NCBI GenBank assembly: GCA_048939465.1
Contig: JBHLPL010000104.1
Location: 1 to 6,888 of the forward strand
From: Promethearchaeota archaeon
GTDB taxonomy: Archaea; Asgardarchaeota; Odinarchaeia; Odinarchaeales; JBHLKK01
Length of the DNA: 6,888 bases
Direction: 5' to 3'
Shown here piece by piece: positions 1 through 5,757 of this stretch (the first letter of the stretch is position 1; each line of letters opens with the position of its first letter). The notes below the pieces were generated by a model. It had not been told where the DNA came from. It searched no databases and saw nothing but the letters and a program-made list of their open reading frames with translations. The position numbers were made by a program, and so were the translations under genes.

Positions 1-96
1 AAAACACCATCAAATCAGATTCAAGTAGGTAGCGAATGATTGATTCTTTCACCAAAACGGAATATCATGTTTCAATCCAAAATGTATCCTCTGACA

Positions 97-366
97 TCAT
101 TTTCTGGAGTCTCTTGACCGGATTTTCACTACGCCTCTATGAACAGCGCAGCTTATGCATGCAAATTTTGTTACCCGTTCTCTGGGGATAAATGTTCCTT
201 TTTGTCTCAGTTCCCGAGCAATTGTCGGTTCAACAAAGCTGACGTAGCCTGTTACCCGTTTAATCTTATCTCGAGGTACTCGCTTCCCGCAGTATGAACA
301 TTGGACCATGCTCTTTTTTCCTGATGAACCCTTAGCTCTTCCTCGACTTTTCCTTTTCTTTGGCAA
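97..366 (-). CDS. rps26e: 30S ribosomal protein S26e (89 aa, TTG start)
   Basis: Translation (M)PKKRKSRGRAKG...VQCSYCGKRVPRDK...FACISCAVHRGVVKIRSR has the S26e N-terminus and two CxxC zinc pairs. TTG at 366-364 follows a GAGGTG Shine-Dalgarno (378-373), so the ORF-track start at 399 is probably 11 codons too long. Confidence 0.95.
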   Translation of the reverse strand: MPKKRKSRGRAKGSSGKKSMVQCSYCGKRVPRDKIKRVTGYVSFVEPTIARELRQKGTFIPRERVTKFACISCAVHRGVVKIRSRDSRK

Positions 367-400
367 TCGACACACCTCATTTAACAAGTAATAATTCACG

Positions 401-412
401 ATATAAGTTTTT
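401..412 (-). promoter_or_regulatory. Putative BRE/TATA promoter of rps26e
   Basis: Minus strand reads CAAAAAC-TTATAT (TATA at 406-401). This places a start site near 378-380, just upstream of the SD and TTG. Confidence 0.6.
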
Positions 413-440
413 GGAACTGAAAGCTCCGGATACGAGATCC

Positions 441-1349
441 TTAATGCCCTAAAAGGCTTTCACTCCTTCTTTTGACCTCCTCAAAACTCATCGGAAACTC
501 AGGTCCAGTATACTCAACCATTATGGATGCAGCTGCCGATGCGAAGTAACCAGATCGGCTCACATCGCCGTTCCTTAAGTATTCAAATACAAACGATCCT
601 GCATAGGTATCGCCTGCTCCTGTTGGATCTCGGGCAAGAGTTTTGTACGCAGGAATCTTGATGTTTCTCTTTCCGTCAAATATCACAGAGCCCCTCTCTG
701 CAAGTGTAACTATCCCGACATCTGCACCCCACTCTACAAGCTTTCTTGCGGCCTCCTCCGGCTTTCTTACTCCAGTCATAACAAGGGATTCATGCTCATT
801 TGGCTTTGCAAAGTCTACCAAATTCACAATCTTTTTTGCTTCATCACGGTCACATATACGCTTAATTCTACCACCTTCTCCGATCACTCTGGTGATGCCC
901 TGAGGATCCAAGAATAGAATCGCATCGCTTTCTTCACGTAAAAAATGGACCAAATCGTAGTCCACTTCCTGCAGTATCGGTCCCAGAACAATTGCTTTAG
1001 CATCTAGACACTCTCTGGGAAAGTTCTCAACGGTAATTCTATTTGCTATTCCAAGTACATCAAGCGTTCTGTCGCCTGCTTCGTCGTAGACGAGTTTGAA
1101 ACCTCCAGTTTCCTCAGATATCATCAATCTAGGGATTTCTACACCAAATCTGTCCACATCTTCAACAAATACGTTCTTGAAGTCTTCTCCAATGTATCCA
1201 ACCAGCGCTGCTCTTCCGGTGCCTAGCTTTTTGGCAGCTAAACATGCGTTAGTGCTGCATCCTGACAGAACACGTTTTTTTGTTGACAGGTAAGGAGTTA
1301 TTATAATATCGTATACTGGATTTCCGACGGCGACAAAATCATAGGTCAT
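441..1349 (-). CDS. PfkB/ribokinase-family carbohydrate kinase, possibly myo-inositol kinase
   Basis: C-terminal PfkB signature DPTGAGDTYAG with the catalytic GD, N-terminal VGNPVYD, and AKPNEHE. Starts 11 nt inside the upstream gene, after a GAGGT SD-like element. The family is confident; the substrate is inferred from context. Confidence 0.88.
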   Translation of the reverse strand: MTYDFVAVGNPVYDIIITPYLSTKKRVLSGCSTNACLAAKKLGTGRAALVGYIGEDFKNVFVEDVDRFGVEIPRLMISEETGGFKLVYDEAGDRTLDVLGIANRITVENFPRECLDAKAIVLGPILQEVDYDLVHFLREESDAILFLDPQGITRVIGEGGRIKRICDRDEAKKIVNLVDFAKPNEHESLVMTGVRKPEEAARKLVEWGADVGIVTLAERGSVIFDGKRNIKIPAYKTLARDPTGAGDTYAGSFVFEYLRNGDVSRSGYFASAAASIMVEYTGPEFPMSFEEVKRRSESLLGH

Positions 1350-1974
1350 CTGTTTCTACCTCTGGTTGTCTACTCCCCTCTGTCCTTCTCCACGTATAAA
1401 CGAGACGCTGTATAACTGTTATCTGGGAGAGGACACCAACAAGAATTATAAAGATCTCCAGGATGCTTTGGTTGAGAATATTAAAGGCTGGCCATACGTA
1501 GACTAGTATGATACCGATAATAATTAGGATCAGTTTTTCCTGGCGCTCGGCGATTCCTACGTTACACTTTTCCAAGCCTCCAACAGACTCTGCTTTGGCT
1601 CTAATGAAGCTAGCCATAACCATGCTGAAGAATGCAAAGAATCCCCAGAGCCACCAAACGAAGCCACCAAGAATCAATCCAAGAATGATCAAAAACTCCG
1701 CGTATCTATCAAGAAGATGATCCCAAACAGCTCCGAATCGTGTAGCGGCATTAGTCGCCCTTGCAATCGCGCCGTCCAGCATATCGACGAAACCAGTTAA
1801 CAGAATTAGAATCAGACCCCAAATTAGTGCCCCAAAAGCAAAAAGTATGCAGCAGAGAATACTAATAACGAGGCTTATAGCAGTTGCAGTATTGGGCGTT
1901 AAACCGATCTTGGACAGAGCCCGGCCGACTGGCAACATTGCTCTTTCATATTTCTCTCTGAGTCTCCCTAACAA
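1339..1974 (-). CDS. pgsA: CDP-alcohol phosphatidyltransferase, archaetidylinositol phosphate synthase-like (TTG start)
   Basis: Complete family motif D-x2-D-G-x2-A-R-x8-G-x3-D-x3-D (DMLDGAIARATNAATRFGAVWDHLLD), downstream GIAERQEKL, multiple hydrophobic helices, 211 aa. The AIP synthase assignment is by family resemblance; pgsA is the generic symbol for this family. Confidence 0.85.
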   Translation of the reverse strand: MLGRLREKYERAMLPVGRALSKIGLTPNTATAISLVISILCCILFAFGALIWGLILILLTGFVDMLDGAIARATNAATRFGAVWDHLLDRYAEFLIILGLILGGFVWWLWGFFAFFSMVMASFIRAKAESVGGLEKCNVGIAERQEKLILIIIGIILVYVWPAFNILNQSILEIFIILVGVLSQITVIQRLVYTWRRTEGSRQPEVETDDL

Positions 1975-2014
1975 TGCCTAACACGCTCGACTCATCTTCT
2001 CTGGAACTCTTGGT

Positions 2015-2027
2015 TTTAAACCTTTTG
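2015..2027 (-). promoter_or_regulatory. Putative BRE/TATA promoter of the phosphatidyltransferase-kinase operon
   Basis: Minus strand reads CAAAAGG-TTTAAA, about 40 nt upstream of the TTG at 1974. Confidence 0.6.
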
Positions 2028-2099
2028 CTCGAGTTAGGAAGTTCATCCGTCTTTCGCAGGAAGACCCCCTGCGTTTGCATAGTGATGAATTGCGTCGGG

Positions 2100-2107
2100 T
2101 TTAAATA
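2100..2107 (+). promoter_or_regulatory. Putative TATA box driving the structured leader/ncRNA and probably lysS
   Basis: TTTAAATA matches the archaeal TATA consensus and predicts a start near 2128-2132, where the first hairpin begins. The upstream BRE is weak, so orientation is not certain. Confidence 0.5.
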
Positions 2108-2128
2108 TCTCCTTGGATATTTGAGGTT

Positions 2129-2370
2129 GAGGTCTGTGACCTTGAAGACCTAGAAGGCTATCGAGGTGGGTCGAAAGCACACGTAACGGGCTCCTTGACC
2201 ATGCACTTAGGAGCACACCCGTCCCGCAGTTTGTAGCTGCGTACAGGGGAAGTGAACCAGCCTTCGGCCTCTCCCGGGCGCACCGCGCCGAAAGATCTAT
2301 CAATATTCTGAAGCGAGAGGGAAAAACCCCTTACGAGAGCCAGGGGCAATTCACTAGCGAATTTACCTTC
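2129..2370 (+). ncRNA. Unidentified structured RNA or long 5' leader of lysS
   Basis: 83 of 130 nt are G+C across 2161-2290 by hand count, against roughly 42-47% in sampled lysS lines. At least eight short helices can be drawn, there is no credible ORF, and a TATA box lies about 25 nt upstream. No known family recognised; boundaries approximate. Confidence 0.5.
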
Positions 2371-2388
2371 CAAGTCCAACAAGTCCAA
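2371..2388 (+). repeat. Tandem 9-mer CAAGTCCAA x2
   Basis: Exact copies at 2371-2379 and 2380-2388, followed by a degenerate TCAATCCA. Confidence 0.85.
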
Positions 2389-2416
2389 TCAATCCAGAAA
2401 GGGGGACTGCTATTCG

Positions 2417-4066
2417 ATGGCATATCTTCACTGGCTTGAAGAAATACTTCAAGAACTAATAGATCGAAAAGCCAACCCGGTGGTTTTAAACACAGGCAAA
2501 TCAACAAGCGGAGAAACCCACATAGGGATCTTCCGTGAACTTCTTATTTGTGATTGTCTTGGTCGCCTGCTTGAGAAAATGGACAGTAATTGGAGATTTT
2601 ATTTCATTGCTGATGATTTTGATGCCGCAAAGCATTTTCCAAGTTATGTTCCCAAGGACTTTGACCACTACATAGGTACGCCATTTTCTGATATTCCCTG
2701 CCCCGAGGACCACTGCGAAAGCTATGGGCATCATTATGCGATGAACCTGATCGGCACATTTGATGATTTCGGGATAGACCCGAGAATAATCTGGGCTTCC
2801 AAGCTTTACGACTCTGCAGAGATGAAAGAGGCCGTGCGTATAGCCCTCAAGAATGTGGAACCGATAAGAAAGATCCTAAAAAAATATGTTGCGCCGACGC
2901 TGAGAGAAGAGGAAGTCGAGGATTACCTAATAGAAATGGAGGAGAGATGGCCCGCAACTGTTGTATGTGAGAAATGTGGGAAACTGCAGGCGAAAACAGA
3001 GGGAAGAATTCAACCCAACAGAATTACCTCTTTCGATCCTGCAACCGACAAGATAACCTATTCCTGTCCCGCTTGTGGTTATGAAGGAGAAACAACAATC
3101 GCCAAAGCAAGGATTAAGCTGACTTGGAGAATCGACTGGCCGGCTAAGTGGTTTATCCTACGTGTGACATGCGAACCAGCTGGAAAAGATCACACTGTGA
3201 AGGGAGGAGCGTATGATACAGGATTGGAGATCTGCCAGAAGGTCTACCGATTTGAAGGACCACTGAAGGTAGGTTATGAATGGGTTAGATTTGGTGAGAC
3301 AGACATGAAGACTCATCGAGGAATAACCTTCACGCCGCGTGAATTCCTCCGTATTTGCTCTCCCGAAGTACTCAGATATTTGATTCTACGAACTCACCCC
3401 TCAAAACACATAAGTTTTAGACCGAGACTGCTCGTTCAACTGGTAGACGAATATGATCGATTTGAGAAAATCTACTACAATCTAGAAGAAGCGGACGAGG
3501 AAGAAAAAAGGGAGATAAAATTCCTATATCCTCTATGCCAAGTCAACGAGACGTCTTCCGAGATTCCTAAACGCCTTCCATACAGGTTTGCAGTCATGTT
3601 CTCGCAATTGGAGAATCTACTCACAAAGGAAAAGATACTGGAAAAGGCAACCGAGGTAGTCAAAAAGACCTATCAAATAAGCGAAGTTACCGATGAGATA
3701 ACAAGAAGCATAAAGATGACTCTCCAAAGGGCTGAAGACTGGACAAAATCATACGCTCCTCCCCAATTCTTACTAAACATCCCGAAAGAGGTTACGAACG
3801 AAATAAAGCAAAAGCTAAGTGATAAACAGCGGAAAGGTCTAAAACTTCTCGCAAAAACCTTTCAGGATGGGGATTTGGATGAGGAAGAACTCCAAAACAA
3901 AGTGTTTACTTTAGGAAAGGAAGAGCTGGGAATCGGGGCAAAGAAAATGTTCCAAGCTGTATACTTAGCTCTCATAGGCAAGAAATTCGGTCCAAGACTG
4001 GCCCCCTTTTTGCTTGCGCTAGAACGAAGCTGGGTAATAAAAAGGCTTCTGGATGCAGCGAATTAA
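2417..4066 (+). CDS. lysS: Lysyl-tRNA synthetase, class I
   Basis: HIGH-type motif SGETHIGIFRE, zinc-ribbon CEKC/CPAC, and class I LysRS signatures KLTWRIDWPAKW, EPAGKDHTVKGG, FGPRLAPFL. 549 aa; GGGGG SD-like run at 2401-2405. Confidence 0.97.
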   Translation: MAYLHWLEEILQELIDRKANPVVLNTGKSTSGETHIGIFRELLICDCLGRLLEKMDSNWRFYFIADDFDAAKHFPSYVPKDFDHYIGTPFSDIPCPEDHCESYGHHYAMNLIGTFDDFGIDPRIIWASKLYDSAEMKEAVRIALKNVEPIRKILKKYVAPTLREEEVEDYLIEMEERWPATVVCEKCGKLQAKTEGRIQPNRITSFDPATDKITYSCPACGYEGETTIAKARIKLTWRIDWPAKWFILRVTCEPAGKDHTVKGGAYDTGLEICQKVYRFEGPLKVGYEWVRFGETDMKTHRGITFTPREFLRICSPEVLRYLILRTHPSKHISFRPRLLVQLVDEYDRFEKIYYNLEEADEEEKREIKFLYPLCQVNETSSEIPKRLPYRFAVMFSQLENLLTKEKILEKATEVVKKTYQISEVTDEITRSIKMTLQRAEDWTKSYAPPQFLLNIPKEVTNEIKQKLSDKQRKGLKLLAKTFQDGDLDEEELQNKVFTLGKEELGIGAKKMFQAVYLALIGKKFGPRLAPFLLALERSWVIKRLLDAAN

Positions 4067-4083
4067 ACTGCAAAATCTAAATC

Positions 4084-4090
4084 TTTTAAG
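4084..4090 (+). promoter_or_regulatory. Putative TATA box for the Lrp/AsnC-macrodomain genes
   Basis: TTTTAAG preceded by an A-rich tract. The predicted start near 4110-4115 lies upstream of a GGAGG SD (4114-4118). Confidence 0.45.
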
Positions 4091-4126
4091 AAAGCTGTTC
4101 CTATGAGTATAGAGGAGGAGACGCAT

Positions 4127-4360
4127 ATGAGTTCTGAAATAGTCGCAGTTCTTCTACTGGTTGTAAAGATGGGAAAGGAACACGAGGTAGCTGAGAAATT
4201 AAAGAAAATTGAGGATATTGTGGAAGTACTGATTGTGTATGGACAGTGGGATGTTCTTGTAAGGATAGAAACAGTGGCTCTCGGGAAGCTGGACTACATA
4301 GTAACTGAAATACGAAGAATTGATGGTGTAGAGCAAACCACAACACTGATTGCCTCATAA
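4127..4360 (+). CDS. Stand-alone Lrp/AsnC ligand-binding (RAM) domain protein, 77 aa
   Basis: Pattern AVLLLVVKMGKEHEVAEKLKKIEDIVEVLIVYGQWDVLVRIE...IRRIDGVEQTTTLI is typical of the Lrp/AsnC C-terminal domain, with no HTH. GGAGG SD 8 nt before the ATG at 4127 favours this start over 4103. Confidence 0.88.
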   Translation: MSSEIVAVLLLVVKMGKEHEVAEKLKKIEDIVEVLIVYGQWDVLVRIETVALGKLDYIVTEIRRIDGVEQTTTLIAS

Positions 4361-4396
4361 GAGTTTCCAATCATCAACTTATTAAGGGGGGCTCGA

Positions 4397-4948
4397 ATGC
4401 CAGAAAAGATCCTAAGAAGAGGATACAAGGATACCGTTCTGGAAGCGTATCGTGGGGATATTACAGAGACCATGGTTGAAGCAATAGTAAACCCGGCTAA
4501 CAGCCTTCTAATCATGGGGGGAGGAGTCGCTGGTGCAATAAAGCGGAAAGGGGGCGAATGTATTGAGACCGAGGCGCGAAAACACGCTCCCGTGCCGATA
4601 GGTCGATCTGTTGCCACCGCGGCGCGCAATTTAGACGCAAAATACGTCATACACACCCCGACTATGGAAACCCCTGCTCAAAGAACGTCCTTGGATGCCG
4701 TGTCAAAAGCGATGAGAGCAGCTTTGAAATGCGCCGACGTGAAGAATGCAAAAAGCGTAGCATTTCCAAGCCTCGGGACAGGTGTTGGCGGCATAGATGA
4801 AATCAAGGCTGCCGGATTAATGATTCGTGAAGCACTAGACTACATAGAAGGCGGCACAAGGATTCAAAAGATAATCTTCATTGGATATGACGATAAACTG
4901 GCCAATGCCTTTGCAAAGGAATTGGATAATATTGTATCCGCAGCCTAG
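4397..4948 (+). CDS. Macrodomain protein (AF1521/YmdB-like ADP-ribose binding or hydrolase)
   Basis: Motifs GDIT, AIVNPAN, GGGVAGAI, KYVIHT and AFPSLGTGVGG; GGGGGG SD-like run upstream. Confidence 0.93.
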   Translation: MPEKILRRGYKDTVLEAYRGDITETMVEAIVNPANSLLIMGGGVAGAIKRKGGECIETEARKHAPVPIGRSVATAARNLDAKYVIHTPTMETPAQRTSLDAVSKAMRAALKCADVKNAKSVAFPSLGTGVGGIDEIKAAGLMIREALDYIEGGTRIQKIIFIGYDDKLANAFAKELDNIVSAA

Positions 4949-4973
4949 GATAAGATAATGGACTCCCAAAGCC

Positions 4974-4981
4974 TTTTATAT
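4974..4981 (+). promoter_or_regulatory. Putative TATA box for the bPH_2 gene
   Basis: CAAAGCC-TTTTATAT about 30 nt before the ATG at 5012. The T7 run at 4986-4992 could also terminate the upstream transcript. Confidence 0.5.
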
Positions 4982-5011
4982 GCCATTTTTTTAGTTACAT
5001 TGAGGGGAGCT

Positions 5012-5638
5012 ATGTTGGGTAAAATAAACATAGAAAGTTTCAAACCCAATCCAAAACTGAGAACGCTGTGGTACTTTGAACTTCTTATCGGCATAATCAT
5101 TTATCTTCTGATAATAGCGTTTCCGGCGATATCCATCATTCATCTTTTGAACTTGACAGGTCCGTACTTCGATCTAACGTTCGTCATGTACGCAATATTC
5201 GGTTTCATGCTTCTATGGGCCATTCCAGCAGCCATATGGATTCCGTTCTATTACAGATCCATAGAGTACCAAATCCTTCCTGAGGAGATTGTTGCCAAAA
5301 GGGGAGTAATTTGGAAGAACGAGCAGCGTATACCCTATTTCAAGGTAACGAACATAAATGTGAGACGTGGGCCGCTGGAAAGGGCATTCGGGTTAGGACA
5401 CATAGGTATTCAAACGGCTGGTTTGGGTGCCACAAGTATAGCTGAAGAAAGAATTGCTGGACTCCGCAATCCGGAGGAAATCAGAGAGACAGTAATGGAA
5501 AGGATCAGAAGATTCGGAAAAGAGCCAATAGGGATAACCGAAGCTCCAACGCCAAGAGTGACAAGAAGACCGGTAGCTGAAGAAGAACTCTTGAGACAAA
5601 TACTGGATGAACTGAAGAAAATCAGAGAAAAACTCTGA
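5012..5638 (+). CDS. Membrane protein with bacterial PH (bPH_2/DUF304, YdbS-like) domain, 208 aa
   Basis: Two hydrophobic N-terminal helices, then YRSIEYQI...KRGVIWKNEQRIPYFKVTNINVRRGPLERAFGLGHIGIQTAG, typical of bPH_2, and a charged C-terminal helix. GAGGGG SD before ATG 5012 favours this start over 4958. Confidence 0.8.
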   Translation: MLGKINIESFKPNPKLRTLWYFELLIGIIIYLLIIAFPAISIIHLLNLTGPYFDLTFVMYAIFGFMLLWAIPAAIWIPFYYRSIEYQILPEEIVAKRGVIWKNEQRIPYFKVTNINVRRGPLERAFGLGHIGIQTAGLGATSIAEERIAGLRNPEEIRETVMERIRRFGKEPIGITEAPTPRVTRRPVAEEELLRQILDELKKIREKL

Positions 5639-5646
5639 AATCCTAC

Positions 5647-5654
5647 TTTTTTTT
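5647..5654 (+). terminator. Oligo(T) archaeal terminator
   Basis: T8 run 9 nt after the stop codon at 5638. Confidence 0.65.
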
Positions 5655-5686
5655 GATGGTTTATTTACTTCTCCGTTTCAATAACA

Positions 5687-5695
5687 TTTTATATA
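5687..5695 (+). promoter_or_regulatory. Putative TATA box of hutU
   Basis: CAATAACA-TTTTATATA, predicting a start near 5718, upstream of the GGGGGAGG SD (5744-5751). Confidence 0.6.
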
Positions 5696-5757
5696 CCAAG
5701 GCTCAGTAAATTGATTAGGATAGCACTGGCAAAATGACTATTTGGGGGAGGCATTAC

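Noticed and set aside
1-39. Possible 3' end of a plus-strand gene (KTPSNQIQVGSE*)
   Set aside because: Twelve codons at the window edge are too few to support a CDS call.
2082-2088. Perfect C box GTGATGA
   Set aside because: No CTGA D' or D box at guide distance; the motif is equally explained as part of the 2040/2091 stem.
2186-2253. TPP-riboswitch-like layout (CGGG/CCCG stem, CAG/CTG hairpin, GCGTA...GGGAAGT)
   Set aside because: Lacks the essential UGAGA and CCUGAU core nucleotides, and the downstream gene is unrelated to thiamine.
2276-2288. GGGCGCACCGCG resembles the T-box sequence GGGUGGNACCGCG, tempting upstream of a synthetase
   Set aside because: The UGGN bulge needed to pair with tRNA NCCA is absent (CGC instead), the segment forms its own hairpin, and no Stem I or terminator is evident.
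2197-2346. 5S rRNA-like snippets (GACCAT, ACACCCGTCCC, GGAAGTGAA, CCCC...CGAGAG..AGGG)
   Set aside because: The conserved loop C CCGAAC is missing, helix II cannot be paired, and no terminal helix I was found. An expanded 5S is unlikely, but cmscan would settle it.
2043-2388. Minus-strand ORFs 2043..2303 (86 aa) and 2158..2388 (76 aa)
   Set aside because: No recognisable domain, SD or promoter. They overlap each other and are best explained by the stop-poor GC-rich structured region.
2129-2410. RNase P RNA or SRP RNA as the identity of the intergenic element
   Set aside because: No GAGGAA-x-x-UCC with a matching P4 partner in the right order, and no SRP helix 8 (CAGG-NNN-GNRA-NNN-AGCA) on either strand. 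Only fragments such as CAGAAAGGGGG and CCAGG...AGCG are present.
643-5599. Antisense or shadow ORFs 643..903, 1096..1293, 1508..1720, 2501..2734, 3475..3663, 4101..4370, 4294..4656, 5393..5599
   Set aside because: Each lies mostly opposite a well-supported gene and has no recognisable protein features.
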